Assembly (NCBI GenBank): GCA_002269645.1
Contig: NIVC01003618.1
Coordinates: forward strand, 1-64,000
DNA length: 64,000 nucleotides
Source: Macrostomum lignano
Lineage: Eukaryota
Direction of reading: 5' to 3'
Shown: positions 40,658 through 54,310 of the stretch, in pieces
Layout of the letters: every line of letters begins with the position of its first letter
Position numbering within the stretch: position 1 is the stretch's first letter
Program-made: the position numbers and the translations under genes
The notes under the pieces: generated by a model
What the model was told of the DNA's origin: nothing
The model's database searches: none
The model's input: the letters and a program-made list of their open reading frames with translations, nothing else

Positions 40658-40862
40658 GATGTAGCTGCAGATGAAGCTGCAGATGAAGCTGCAGATGAAG
40701 CTGCAGATGAAGCTGCAGATGAAGCTGCAGATGAAGCTGCAGATGAAGCTGCAGATGAAGCAGCAGATGAAGCTCCAGATGAAGCTGCAGATGAAGCTGC
40801 AGATGAAGCAGCAGATGAAGCTGCAGATGAAGATCCAGATGAAGCTGCAGATGAAGCTGCAC
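40658..40862. repeat. 12-bp repeat (GCTGCAGATGAA)n
   Basis: About 17 units. Confidence 0.92.
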
Positions 40863-41256
40863 TCTCTGTCGAGTCTGCCTAAGAGCTGCCGACTTCATTG
40901 GGTTGCCAATGGACTGCAGCTGTGGTCTCATTGGCCAGCTGGGGGGGGGGGGGGCAGCTCCCAGTCCCTGCCAACCCCGGGTCCGCCTCGTCTTTACCCG
41001 CTTGCCCCGCTGCCCCCGCTTTTACAACCTGGCAGAGCAGCCCGAAGCGCAGAGAAGCAGAGGAGCGGAGGAGCGCCGATCGTAAAAGCGTAGAGTCGCC
41101 GACCCCCAGTGACGGTCTGGCAGCAGCTGTTTGAGCCACTGCGCGCTTATTTTTCCGGCCAAGTCAAGATGTCAGCAGCCGAGCCGCTGTTGTAAGAGTT
41201 TCTTTTGATTGCCCTGGCGAACCTTCTCGCTTCTCACTGAGCCCCTGACCGGCCTC

Positions 41257-42567
41257 ATGGACCCCCGCCCGATGGACCTCGCCTCCATGCTGGGCCGATA
41301 CAGCTTCGACTTTGATGAGGCCTCAGCTGATGACGAGGCCGGCACAACCACCTTCTCGTCCTCGCTGGCGGCTGCCGGCGGTCTCAGCGGGCAGCTCAAG
41401 CAGCCGCCGTCCTCGCTGTCCACCGCCTCTGGCGTCTACGGCGGCGGCAACGGCGGAGGCGGCGGCAGCGGCAGCGGCAGCAGCGGCGCCGGCTGCCTGC
41501 CTGGCAATTTTTCGTCCCTCCCGCGCGTCCTCGGCTGCGGCAGCCATCAGCACCAGCGACAGCGCCATCGGCAGCACCTGCAGCACCAGTTCCAGCACCA
41601 CCTGCTGCCCGGGGGTGCCATCTCTGACGGAGGCGCCAGCCAGCTGACTGCAACACCGCGGCACCGACCGCACCATGCGACCCCGTCGAGGCAGTCGCCG
41701 CCGCCGCAGCCACCGCTGCCGGCTCAGCCGACCGGCCGCGCCCAGTTCGGCCCGTTCGCCCTGAAGTTTCTGCGCCGCTCGCCGCCCGCCAAGTCGCTGT
41801 GGCTGGTGGCGCTGGTGCTCGGCGCGGCCCTGACCGGCTTCCACCTGTGGCGCCTCTGGGCCGCCTTCAGCAGCGGCCGGACGGTCCTGACGGCTGGCCG
41901 GCCGCGCCCGTTCGTTTTCCCGGACGTGACGATCTGCCCGCCCAGCGCCTTCTTCCGCCGCGACGTCAGCAAGCCGGACACGCTGGAGGGCAGCAACCGG
42001 ACGTTCGGCTTCGACATCCTGGTGAACTCGGCGCCCGCCCTGTGGCGCTACGTGCTGTACGGCAACATGTCGCTGCAGCACCTCACGCAGGCGCAGCGGG
42101 AGTACGCCTCCCGGCTGGCCCTGCTCAGCATCTTCCGGTACTACATCAACTCAAGCGCTGTGCTCAGCCCGCTGGACATGGTGGCCTACTGCCGCTACCA
42201 GGGCCGCCTCTGCGACATGGACAGCTTCTCCATCTTCTTCCACCCGGCTCACGGCTCCTGCATCACCTTCCACCCGCCCGTGCGAGCGGTGCGGGCCACC
42301 CACCTGGATACGGACAGCCCGGGCCTGGTGCTGCAGCTGCACACCCTCAGCCCCAGCAACTGGCTGCTCACCGGCGACTCCCAGACCAGCATGACTCACC
42401 GGCACAGCTACACTGCGGCGCTGCATCAGCCTCTCACCTGGCCCAGCTTCCAGCGGGTCTCCCACATCAACAGCGGCCGCATCACCTCCATGCGTGTCTC
42501 CATGCGGCAGGTGCGCCGCGACCAGCTGGACTTTGACGACATTGATGAGGCCGGACTCGGACAGACG
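41257..42567 (+). CDS. DEG/ENaC/ASIC-superfamily sodium channel subunit, exon 1 (N-tail, TM1, first half of the ectodomain)
   Basis: First ATG at 41257; TM1 SLWLVALVLGAALTGFHLW; FPDVTICP (resembles FPAVTICN); YCRYQGRLC...FHPAHGSCITF; GLVLQL; ALHQPLTWP; GRITSMRV; N-glycosylation sequons NRT, NMS, NSS. Phase-0 donor ACG|gtaagg at 42568. Confidence 0.88.
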
Positions 42568-42589
42568 GTAAGGCGGTTTTGATGGCGCA

Positions 42590-43470
42590 CTCATTCCAGC
42601 ATCCCAGATCCTTCGTCATCACTGATTCCAGATTCTCAGATTCCTTCATCATCACTGATTCCAGATTCTCACATTCCTTCATCATCACTGATTCCATATT
42701 CTCAGATTCCTTTATCATCACTGATTCCAGATTCTCAGATTCCTTCATCATCACTGATTCCAGATTCTCACATTCCTTCATCATCACTGATTCCATATTC
42801 TCAGATTCCTTTATCATCACTGATTCCAGATTCTCAGATTCCTTCATCATCACTGATTCCAGATTCTCAGATTCCTTCATCATTACTGATTCCAGAATCC
42901 CAGATCCTTCATCATCATTGATTCCAGATTCTCACATTCCTTCATCATCATTGATTCCAGATTCTCACATTCATTCATCATCACTGATTCCAGATTCTCA
43001 CATTCATTCATCATCACTGATTCCAGATTCTCACATTCATTCATCATCACTGATTCCAGATTCTCAGATTCCTTCATCATCACTGATTCCAGATTCTCAC
43101 ATTCATTCATCATCACTGATTCCAGATTCTCACATTCATTCATCATCACTGATTCCAGATTCTCACATTCATTCATCATCACTGATTCCAGATTCTCAGA
43201 TTCCTTCATCATCACTGATTCCAGATTCTCACATTCATTCATCATCACTGATTCCAGATTCTCACATTCATTCATCATCACTGATTCCAGATTCTCACAT
43301 TCATTCATCATCACTGATTCCAGATTCTCAGATTCCTTCATCATCTCTGATTCCAGAATCCCAGATCCTTCATCATTACTGATTCCAGAATCCCAGATCC
43401 TTCATCATCACTGATTCCAGAATCCCAGACCCTTCATCATCACTGATTCCAGAATCCCAGATCCTAGAAC
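42590..43470. repeat. 33-bp minisatellite (CACTGATTCCAGATTCTCAGATTCCTTCATCAT)n filling the ENaC intron
   Basis: About 26 units. Confidence 0.94.
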
Positions 43471-43538
43471 CCAGAACCAGGAGTCAACCGCTGAGCTGCT
43501 CACCTTCGCAGCGCCGCCCATCCCGCCGACTCCCGCAG

Positions 43539-44591
43539 GCGGAGCCGATCGCCGCGGCCACGGCCAGCTACTGCTTCGGCGGCCAGGCCCGCTGGTGCCG
43601 CCGCTACGCCAGCCGCCGCGAGGACCGCCTGCGGGTCCTCCGCCAGCGCGAGCTGCTGAGCACCTGCGGCTGCCTTAGCGACTCCCTGCCGGTGCCGGAG
43701 CGGCTCGCCGACAAGCCGTCGTGCGTCGGCGTCCGCGAGCCGATCCTGCTGCAGTTCGACCCGCGCCGGGCCAAGTACGTGGGCCGCTACCTGTACATCC
43801 TGGACCGCGGCCGCGAGATGCGCTGGATTGAGGACACGCGCGACTACGCGGCCTTCAAGCGCTGGGTGGACTGCTTCCTGCGCCACTTCCCCCGGCCGCT
43901 GGACGAGGCCCGGTTGGGCGCGGCCGACCCCGACGCCGTGAGCACCAGCTACCGGGCCGAGGTGGACTCTGGGCCCTGGTTCCAGTCCACGGACACGCTG
44001 CACGCTGCCTACATCTCGCAGAACCTCCGTCTGTACGAGCAGCAGGTGGTGCGGCCGGAGGCGCGGCGCCGGAACGCCAGCCTGCCAGTGCAGGCCTACC
44101 TGCGGCGGCTGCAGGGCCCCGAGCAGTTCAGCATCCACGCGCACAAGGTGCTGCAGAGCAACACCGGCATGCTGGAGGTCCGACCGGCCTCGCTGCTCAG
44201 CCAGCAGGTGTCCGAGGTGTGGCTGTACCCGCTGTCCGCCTTCCTGGCCGACGCTGGCGGCGCTCTCGGCCTCCTGCTGGGCGCCTCGCTGGTGGGCCTG
44301 CTGGAGTGCCTCGACGCGCTGCTTATGCTGGCCTGCTGCCGAGGGCGAGCGTCGGCAACGTCGGCAGCGGCAGCGGCGGCTTCAGGAGACGCCTTCGGCA
44401 ATCGGAGGGCTGCTGCAAGGACTGGCTACGGGCACGGAGACAGTTACTGCGGAGTGGGCAGCGTCAAGAGCCGGCACAGGCAGCAGCGGCAGCGGCAGGG
44501 GCGTCGGTGTCGGGACAGCGGCTGCCGCTGCCACTGCCAGTGCGAAGGCGGCGGCGGCGACGGAGGCGGCAGCGGCCACTTGACTTGCTGA
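43539..44591 (+). CDS. DEG/ENaC subunit, exon 2 (thumb, TM2, C-tail)
   Basis: Phase-0 acceptor ctcccgcag|GCG. The frame is open from 43539, upstream of the supplied ORF start. ELLSTCGC thumb motif; TM2 FLADAGGALGLLLGASLVGLLECLD with the GAS belt; stop TGA at 44589-44591. About 787 aa in total. Confidence 0.9.
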   Translation, partial: AEPIAAATASYCFGGQARWCRRYASRREDRLRVLRQRELLSTCGCLSDSLPVPERLADKPSCVGVREPILLQFDPRRAKYVGRYLYILDRGREMRWIEDTRDYAAFKRWVDCFLRHFPRPLDEARLGAADPDAVSTSYRAEVDSGPWFQSTDTLHAAYISQNLRLYEQQVVRPEARRRNASLPVQAYLRRLQGPEQFSIHAHKVLQSNTGMLEVRPASLLSQQVSEVWLYPLSAFLADAGGALGLLLGASLVGLLECLDALLMLACCRGRASATSAAAAAASGDAFGNRRAAARTGYGHGDSYCGVGSVKSRHRQQRQRQGRRCRDSGCRCHCQCEGGGGDGGGSGHLTC

Positions 44592-44714
44592 CCCCCCCCC
44601 CCGCCTGCGGTCACGTGTTGGACAGCCCGTATCGATATCGATATTGCTATATTGCTATAGTATTTTGTAATTTGCGAACTCTGTTGTCACTCTGCGCAGA
44701 TTGCCGGTGGGCGA

Positions 44715-45165
44715 TGGAGCATTTGAGGAGTCTGGGAGTCAGTGATGAAGAATCTTTGGGAGTCTGAGAGTCAGTGATTTAAGATTTGAGGAGTTTGATG
44801 GTCAGTGATGAAGCATCATTGGGAGTCTAAGGGTCACTGATGGATCATTTTAGGAGGCTGGAAGTCAGTGATGAGGGATCTTACGGAGGCTGACGGTCAG
44901 TGATGGAGGATCTTTGAGAGTCGGGGGGTCAGTGATGAATTATTTGAAGAGACTGGAAGTCAGTGATGAAGCTTCTGGAGAGGCTGAGGGTCAGTGATGG
45001 AGCACTTGAGGAGGCTGGGGTTCAGTGATGGAGCATTTGAGGAGTCTAGGAGTCAGTGCTGGAGGATCTTTGGGAGTCTGAAGGTCTGTGATGGAGCATT
45101 TTGGGAGACTGAGGGCCAGTAAATGGAGGATTAGAGGAGGCTGAGAGTCGGTGATGAAGGATGAA
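44715..45165. repeat. Degenerate ~32-bp minisatellite, reverse-complement relative of the ENaC intron repeat
   Basis: Reverse-complement unit ATCACTGACTCTCAGACTCCCAAAGATTCTTC versus intron unit ATCACTGATTCCAGAATCCCAGATCCTTC. Confidence 0.8.
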
Positions 45166-45730
45166 GCCTGTCTCCCTGCTCCCCGCCCAGCCACGCCCCC
45201 AGCCGCAGCCCATGAAACCCCAATCGCGGTGAGTTTTGATCCCTCCCGAAAGCTGCCAGCCCCGGCGGCACAAATAGAGCAGAGAATAAGTATTTGCGTT
45301 TTGCACCATAGTTTTTGATGGAGCAGAAAAACACAGAAAAACTTGCTTGCTTCTTTCTGGCATCTCCCGTCCCGGCCGGCCGGTCGATACGCCTGCGAGC
45401 CAACGGTTTTGGCTTCTTTTGTTCCCAGCTTTGCTTTCCTGTGGCGGAAGCGGCTTTAACCATTGAGCACCGGCGCCCAGAAACATCTCGTTTCTCATTT
45501 TCCTGCGACTAAAAAAAGAAACTCCCCCCAGACAGGGGGCGCGGGCTGATGGATCGATCGCACTGCCTGCCGAAGGTGCGGCTGCCCTCGCCCGCCCGGC
45601 TCATTATGCAGAACGCCTGAGTCATTCACGCTGAGCTGACTTCTCAAATGTGTTCCTAGCTGCTGCTGAGCTGCCATTGTGGTGGGGGACGAGTACAGGA
45701 GTTCTTTGGTATGCAAGATCACCCACATAT

Positions 45731-46901
<1,171 letters not shown>

Positions 46902-46904
46902 TCT

Positions 46905-46990
46905 AGAATCGGTGATGATAAAGGATCTGGAATTGTGGAATCAGCGCTAATGAAGGATTCGGGAGTTTGGAATCAGAGTAAAGGGTCAGG
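46905..46990. repeat. Short inverted remnant of the 33-bp ENaC-intron repeat family
   Basis: Reverse complement contains CTGATTCCACAATTCCAGATCCTTTATCATCACCGATTC. Confidence 0.75.
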
Positions 46991-47669
46991 GGTCTCACAG
47001 ATTCGGAACTGGATGCACAGTCACCCATGACTGTACCCAGAGCAGTGCTCGTGCCAAAGGCTGGACTCCGCCTGCAAGGGGCTCTCAGCTTCATTCACGG
47101 CCCAGCCGCCCCTCACTTACAGAGCCACACTTTTTGTGAAGTGATTAATTTGATTCCGAGCAGAGAGCTCGCCAGTTTCTCAGTCGCTTCCCATGCAGAC
47201 TCAACTGGGCCGAGATGGAGAGCGGGAGGCTGGGGTCTCCCAGTTCCTTCTCCCATCTCCGCAGCTCTCTTTTACAGCAGTCAAATTGGCTGAGAGATAT
47301 GAGCGTATCTTGGCGTGCCTGGCCAAGGAGAACAGGATTAATGGCACCTGGATTTACGGGGGGGGGAATCACCAAGCCAATTCGGTCTAACTTTCGCCAC
47401 TGTTTCGGTGGGAAAGGCTGATGCAGCAGCTGGCTGAGCCAGCCAGATGCCAGAGTTCGGCCTCCATGGCTGCTCAGCTTTGATTGATGCAGAGTGCGAA
47501 CTGTTGCTCCCGAGCCGTGGCTGGACAAATTCCAGCCTCCCTGCGTCTGGCGACCGGTCCGCTGAACTCTGAGAGCCGCTTCCTGCTCGGAGCTTCATTC
47601 AAAAGGTGTGTGCGATTGCTCACACCAGCTGTTCATCCATCAGTGATAACCGGAACTGAGCCACAGATA

Positions 47670-49012
47670 TCAGGGAGTCACTCACTGAGAATCGCTCACG
47701 AGAGTCACTGCTCATTGATAATCGTTCATGAGAGTCACTGCTCATTGATAATCGCTCATGAGAGTCAATACTTACTGAGAATCGCTCATGAGAGTTACTG
47801 CTCATTGAGAATCGCTCACGAGAGTCACTGCTCATTGAGAATCGCTCATGAGAGTCACTGCTCACTGAGAATCGCTCATGAGAGTCACTGCTCATTGATA
47901 ATCGCTCATGAGAGTCACTGCTCATTGAGAATCACCCATGAGAGTCATTACTCACTGAGAATCGCTCACGAGAGTTACTGCTCATTGAGAATCGCTCATG
48001 AGAGTCACTGCTCATTGAGAATCGCTCATGAGAGTCACTGCTCATTGAGAATCGCTCATGAGAATCACTGCTCATTGAGAATCGCTCATGATAGTCACTG
48101 CTCATTGAGAATCGCTCATGAGAGTCACTGCTCATTGAGAATCGCTCATGAGAGTCACTGCTCATTGAGAATCGCTCATGAGAGTCATTGCTCATTGAGA
48201 ATCGCTCACGAGAGTCACTGCTCATTGAGAATCACCCATGAGAGTCACTGCTCATTGAGAATCGCTCATGAGAGTCATTGCTCATTGAGAATCACCCATG
48301 AGAGTCATTACTCACTGAGAATCGCTCATGAGAGTCACTGCTCATTGAGAATCGCTCATGAGAGTCATTACTCACTGAGAATCGCTCATGAGAGTCACTG
48401 CTCATTGAGAATCGCTCATGAGAGTCACTGCTCATTGAGAATCGCTCATGGGTCACTGCTCATTGAGAATCGCTCATGAGAGTCACTGCTCATTGATAAT
48501 CGCTCATGAGAATCACTGCTCATTGAGAATCGCTCATGAGAGTTACTGCTCATTGAGAATCCGTCATGAGAGTCACTGCTCATTGAGAATCACTCATGAG
48601 AGTTACTGCTCATTGAGAATCGCTCATGAGAGTCACTGCTCATTGAGAATCACCCATGAGAGTCACTGCTCATTGAGAATCGCTCATGGGTCACTGCTCA
48701 TTGAGAATCGCTCATGAGAGTCACTGCTCATTGAGAATCGCTCATGAGAGTCACTGCTCATTGAGAATCGCTCATGAGAGTCACTGCTCACTGAGAATCG
48801 CTCATGAGAGTCACTGCTCATTGAGAATCGCTCATGAGAGTCATTGCTCATTGAGAATCACCCATGAGAGTCACTGCTCATTGAGAATCGCTCACGAGAG
48901 TCACTGCTTATTGAGAATCGCTCATGAGAGTCACTGCTCATTGAGAATCGCTCACGAGAGTCACTGCTCATTGAGAATCGCTCATGAAACTCACTGCTCA
49001 TTGAGAATCACA
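47670..49012. repeat. 30-bp minisatellite (GAGAGTCACTGCTCATTGAGAATCGCTCAT)n
   Basis: About 44 units. Two 28-bp deletion units 238 bp apart (near 48448 and 48686) show block duplication. Confidence 0.95.
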
Positions 49013-49394
49013 GAACCAAACATGCCAAAAGATTTGCCACACAGAACACAGGTGACAGACTCAGAGGAAGAAGTCTCATTCCACCCAAGAAGCAGTTCAG
49101 AGTCCCCGAGCTCAGCTGCAAACTTTATGAACAGCCGGATCGCGTGAGGCGAGCTGCTATGAACATAAATTATGAAACTGTTTGCGAGCCGGGCTGCAAA
49201 AGCGCAATAAACACTGCAGGCCCGTGCCAGGCTTGTGCAGTGCAGGTTGCGTGACTCAGACGCGCGGGTGCGGTCTCGGGCTCGAATCGATCAGGTGAGC
49301 CTCTTTTTGTACTCCAGCGACTACCTACTTTTTTGTGGCCTCTTTGAGCGACCGGCTGACCCTGTCCTTTGCAGGGTCAGTCGGATGGACACAA

Positions 49395-50025
49395 ACAGAT
49401 GGCTGTGTCTTTTCTGCAGGGTGTTAGACAGATGGCTGTGTCCTTTCTGCAGGGTGTTAGACAGATGGCTGTGTCCTTTCTGCAGGGTGTTAGACAGATG
49501 GCTGTGTCCTTTCTGCAGGGTGTTAGACAGATGGCTGTGTCCTTTCTGCAAGGTGTTAGACAGATGGCTGTGTCCTTTACGCAGGGTGTTAGACAGATGG
49601 CTGTGTCCTTTCTGCAGGGTGTTAGACAGATGGCTGTGTCCTTTCTGCAGGGTGTTAGACAGATGGCTGTGTCCTTTCTGCAAGGTGTTAGACAGATGGC
49701 TGTGTCCTTTACGCAGGGTGTTAGACAGATGGCTGTGTCCTTTCTGCAGGGTGTTAGACAGATGGCTGTGTCCTTTCTGCAGGGTGTTAGACAGATGGCT
49801 GTGTCCTTTCTGCAGGGTGTTAGACAGATGGCTGTGTCCTTTCTGCAGGGTGTTAGACAGATGGCTGTGTCCTTTCTGCAGGGTGTTAGACAGATGGCTG
49901 TGTCCTTTCTGCAGGGTGTTAGACAGATGGCTGTGTCCTTTACGCAGGGTGTTAGACAGATGGCTGTGTCCTTTCTGCAGGGTGTTAGACAGATGGCTGT
50001 GTCTTCCATGCAAGGGTGTTAGACA
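49395..50025. repeat. 33-bp minisatellite (ACAGATGGCTGTGTCCTTTCTGCAGGGTGTTAG)n, copy A
   Basis: About 19 homogeneous units. Confidence 0.95.
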
Positions 50026-51054
50026 GGGCCCACCGCAGTCCAGCACTCCGTGCTATTTGAAGCCAAAGCTCAACACCAGACACCATATGTGTTAAATAAA
50101 TATATTTTATTGATTCCGAGTCCTTTCGCAGGCAACCTTCACCAGTAACTGTGGTCTCAGACTCGAATCGATCTGATAAGCACCCTCGTACGACAGCGAT
50201 TACCTACTTTTTTGCGCCTCTTTGAACGTCTAACTCGAAGCGCACAAAGACGGCCTTCTTTAAACTTCTGTGAACGGCACCAAAGAACAATATTAACTCT
50301 ACTTTTCTATCAAAGAGGGCCGCCAGTTGTGACGCCACCCGACACCTCGTCCGACAGTTCCGGGTTCCGGCCCGCGCACACAGAGCCAAGCCAGATCTTT
50401 TGAATCAAGTTTTTGATCATCGCGCGCCGACACCGCTCGACAACTTCCTGACTGATCGTGAAGCATCAGAGCCGGACAGACATCAGAGCAGAGGACTACC
50501 TGCCCCCATCGTGCCATGTCACGTGAAATTTTTTAGAAACATAGAGCCCCCCCCCCACCCCAAGGTCTGTCACTCCGCGTCTCTCAGCATTTCCGGTCTC
50601 TGGGCCAGGGGGGGAGGGGCGGCCGGTCTTTGCGAGCCTCGCAGCTGCCTTGGCCTTGCCTTGTCTTTGCTCTCCTCTCCGCTCCGCTCCTCTCCTCGCT
50701 AAAACTCCCTCGTCAGCCGGGCTCAAAGGGGGCAGGAGCAGCAGGGAGGCGCAGGGGATGAGAGATGCGAGCTGCATCAGCAGCAGCAGCAGCATCAGCA
50801 GCAGCAGCAGCAACCCCCGCCCCTTGTCCAAGAAAACAAGGCAGACGCGTTTTGCCACCCTTCCACCTGGACGGCTTGTTTTCTGCCATGGGCGCTCGAC
50901 CTCTCTGTATTCGATTTTTGAATCAAATTTGAATACAGGACTCAGATGGGCGATGGAGGAAGCTGGGGGCGGGGAGAGGGTGAGAAGTGGTGGAGACAGC
51001 GGCTGAGAGGGAAGTTGAAGGTTTCTTTAGTTTGAGAGAGGAAATGAAGGCAAG

Positions 51055-51160
51055 TAGATAGCCAGTAGATAGCCAGTAGATAGCCAGTAGATAGCCGGTA
51101 GATAGCCGGTAGATAGCGGGTAGATAGCCGGCAGATAGCCGGTAGATAGCAGGTAGATAG
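51055..51160. repeat. 11-bp repeat (AGATAGCCAGT)n
   Basis: About 9 units. Confidence 0.85.
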
Positions 51161-51376
51161 ACAAGCGAGTTGAGAGAAGCCCCGCGTGGGGAGGCTCGGT
51201 GAAGGAGCCTTGGCATGCCAATGACATGACAGACGAGTTAAAAGTGTCAAACTGACAGGTCCGAGACAGAAGCTGGGCTGCTCGTCTCAAGCAAACTCTC
51301 GCGAGCTGAATTGGCAAACAAAAGATTTTGAATTTGAGCAGAGTGACATCGGTCCCCGACGCCTTCGCCGCGTGCG

Positions 51377-51390
51377 GTTGTCATGGAAAC
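51377..51390. promoter_or_regulatory. RFX X-box-like motif GTTGTCATGGAAAC
   Basis: Fits the RTHNYY-WT-RRNRAC consensus; single motif with no assigned target gene. Confidence 0.3.
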
Positions 51391-51639
51391 GAAAGAATGG
51401 ACCGGCGGGAGTGAAGGAACTTGACACTGAGCTGGGGGGGGGGCATCTGAGAGTCGCCTGGGCGCAGCTTCACTGCCGGGTCTTCTCCTTCCAACCGCAG
51501 GCTTCTCTTTGCTCATGCGACCGAGCTCTCGGGTTCTCCGCCCACTCTGACCCGCGGAGCTGCATTCTAGCGATCAATCTGTGCGTCACTGGCTGTGCGT
51601 TCTGGCTCGCATGCTGCCTTAGTGGTACACGGGCCTCTC

Positions 51640-52345
51640 ATCTACCTCTCTCATCTCCCCTCTCTTCTCCCCTCTCTCATCTCCCCTCTCTCATCTCCCC
51701 TCTCTCATTTCAACTTATAAGAATGAGAGGGGGGCATCTCTCCCCTCTCTCATCTCCCCTTTCTCATCTCCTCTCTCTCATCTCCCCTCTCTCATCTCCC
51801 CTCTCTCATCTCCCCTCTCTCATTTCAACTTATGAGAATGAGAGGGGGGTATCTCTTCCTCTCTCATCTCCCCTCTCTCATCTCTTCCTCTCTCATCTCC
51901 CCTCTCTCATCTCTTCCTCTCTCATCTCCCCTCTCTCATCTCCCCTCTCTCATCTCCCCTCTCTCATCTCCCCTCTCTCATCTCCCCTCTCTCATCTCCC
52001 CTCTCTCATCTCTTCCTCTCTCATCTCCCCTCTCTCATCTCCCCTCTCTCATCTCCCCTCTCCTATCTCCCCTCTCTCATTTCCCCTCTCTCATCTCCCC
52101 TCTCTCATCTCCCCTCTCTCATCTCCCCTCTCTCATCTCCCCTCTCCTTTCTCCCATCTCTCATTTCCCCTCTCTCATCTCCCATCTCTCATCTCCCTCT
52201 CTCATCTCCCCTCTCTCATCTCCCCTCTCTCATCTCCCCTCTTTCATCTCCCCTCTCTCATCTCCCCTCTCTCATCTTCACTCTCTCCTCTCCCTTCTCT
52301 CATTTCCCCTATCTAATCTTCTCTTTATCGCACCTCTATTCTCCC
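51640..52345. repeat. 14-bp CT-rich repeat (TCTCATCTCCCCTC)n with a duplicated TTTCAACTTAT..GAATGAGAGGGGG insert
   Basis: Tandem units; insert occurs near 51710 and 51825. Confidence 0.9.
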
Positions 52346-52538
52346 TCATCTCTATTGTCTTTCGTCTCCCTGTCTGGAATTTCTACTCAAAATTCATACA
52401 GAGTTTTGAGCTGCTCCCATTATTTTTCATTCCCAGCAGGTGGCTGCCATCCTCAAAGCAGCGCACTAGGCCATCACAGATCCCCAGACGGCAGACCACA
52501 GGAAGCTCATTTCCGAACTCTTAAAGCACAATTGTGAG

Positions 52539-53292
52539 CCTCCACACTTTGAGAACCTGTGTCTGCTCACTTGTTATCCTACTCCCATTGTCCCCACCTC
52601 CACACTTTGAGAACCTGTGTCTGCTCACTTGTTATCCTACTCCCATTGTCCCCACCTCCACACTTTGAGAACCTGTGTCTGCTCACTTGTTATCCTACTC
52701 CCATTGTCCCCACCTCCACACTTTGAGAACCTGTGTCTGCTCACTTGTTATCCTACTCCCATTGTCCCCACCTCCACACTTTGAGAACCTGTGTCTGCTC
52801 ACTTGTTATCCTTCTCCAATTGTCCCCACCTCCACACTTTGAGAACCTGTGTCTGCTCACTTGTTATCCTTCTCTCATTGTCCCCACCTCCACACTTTGA
52901 GAACCTGTGTCTGCTCACTTGTTATCCTTCTCCCATTGTCCCCACCTCCACACTTTGAGAACCTGTGTCTGCTCACTTGTTATCCTACTCCCATTGTCCC
53001 CACCTCCACACTTTGAGAACCTGTGTCTGCTCACTTGTTATCCTTCTCTCATTGTCCCCACCTCCACACTTTGAGAACCTGTGTCTGCTCACTTGTTATC
53101 CTTCTCTCATTGTCCCCACCTCCACACTTTGAGAACCTGTGTCTGCTCACTTGTTATCCTTCTCCCATTGTCCCCACCTCCACACTTTGAGAACCTGTGT
53201 CTGCTCACTTGTTATCCTTCTCCCATTGTCCCCACCTCCACACTTTGAGAACCTGTGTCTGCTCACTTGTTATCCTTCTCCCATTGTCCCCA
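52539..53292. repeat. 58-bp minisatellite (CCTCCACACTTTGAGAACCTGTGTCTGCTCACTTGTTATCCTACTCCCATTGTCCCCA)n
   Basis: About 13 units. Confidence 0.95.
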
Positions 53293-53784
53293 AATCCTCA
53301 GATCCGATTTTTGAGTCTGGTTCTTCATCACCTCACAGGCTGTCTGATAAAATCTTCTATCAAATCCGGAAACTGCTGCTGGCTAATTAAAACAAAAGTC
53401 CGCGGTAGCGTCCGGCCCTGCCGCCCCGCCGCAGCTCAGGAGGTGCTGATTTAAGCAACTGCTTGCCGACTCCCATTAATTTGAGCACCCTGGAGTCTGG
53501 ACAGCTCGGACAAACTCGGACAGAACCCGGACAGAACTCTGCCTGCTTGGCCAATGTTTTCATTGCCAAAACTGATCGAATCCCCTTCAGCAATCAGCCC
53601 CGCTCCCAGCCCGCCTGCGCTTGAGGAGCCGCTGGCGAAGATGACTTCTGCCTGCCATATTGATCTGCGGACTCAGAATAACTTTATTGAGTCTGCAGAC
53701 TGGCCGGTTGCTGCGCACCGAAATGTTTGCTCTTTTATGCTCTGAGTTCGCTCTGTCTGTCTGTTTTGCCTGCTCACCGACATG

Positions 53785-54310
53785 TAACCTGTTAGATACT
53801 TAGTTATAACCTGTTAGATACTTAGTTATAACCTGTTAGATACTGATTTGTAACCTGTAGATACTTAGTAATAACCTGTTAGATACTGAGTTGTAACCTG
53901 TTAGATACTGATTTGTAACCTGTAGATACTTAGTAATAACCTGTTAGATACTGATTTGTAACCTGTAGATACTTAGTAATAACATGTTAGATGCTGAGCT
54001 GTAACTGAGTTGATAGACACTCTGATGAGCAGTCACCTGTTAGACACCCTGATGTGCAGTCACCTGTTAGACACTCTGATGAGCAGTCACCTGTTAGACA
54101 CCCTGATGTGCAGTCACCTGTTAGACACTCTGATGAGCAGTCACCTGTTAGACACTCTGATGAACAGTCACCTGTTAGACACTCTGATGAGCAGTCACAT
54201 GTTAGACACTCTGATGAGCAGTCACCTGTTAGACACTCTGATGAGCAGTCACCTGTTAGACACTCTGATGAGCAGTCACCTGTTAGACACCCTGATGTGC
54301 AGTCACCTAT
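53785..54310. repeat. Adjacent 22-bp (AACCTGTTAGATACTTAGTTAT) and 27-bp (CAGTCACCTGTTAGACACTCTGATGAG) minisatellites sharing CCTGTTAGA
   Basis: The two arrays join through a transitional unit at ~53990. Confidence 0.92.

Noticed and set aside
41209-41256. Supplied ORF start (TTG at 41209) for the ENaC gene, and GTG starts for lipin and ENaC exon 2
   Set aside because: Bacterial-style starts; in this eukaryotic context the ATG at 41257 and splice acceptors define the frames.
47278-50230. A plus-strand exon chain between satellites (AVKLAERYERIL..., ...LLGASFKR, ...TYFFVASL...)
   Set aside because: It needs a frameshift in a G9 run and hand-picked sites, and the product resembles nothing I recognise.
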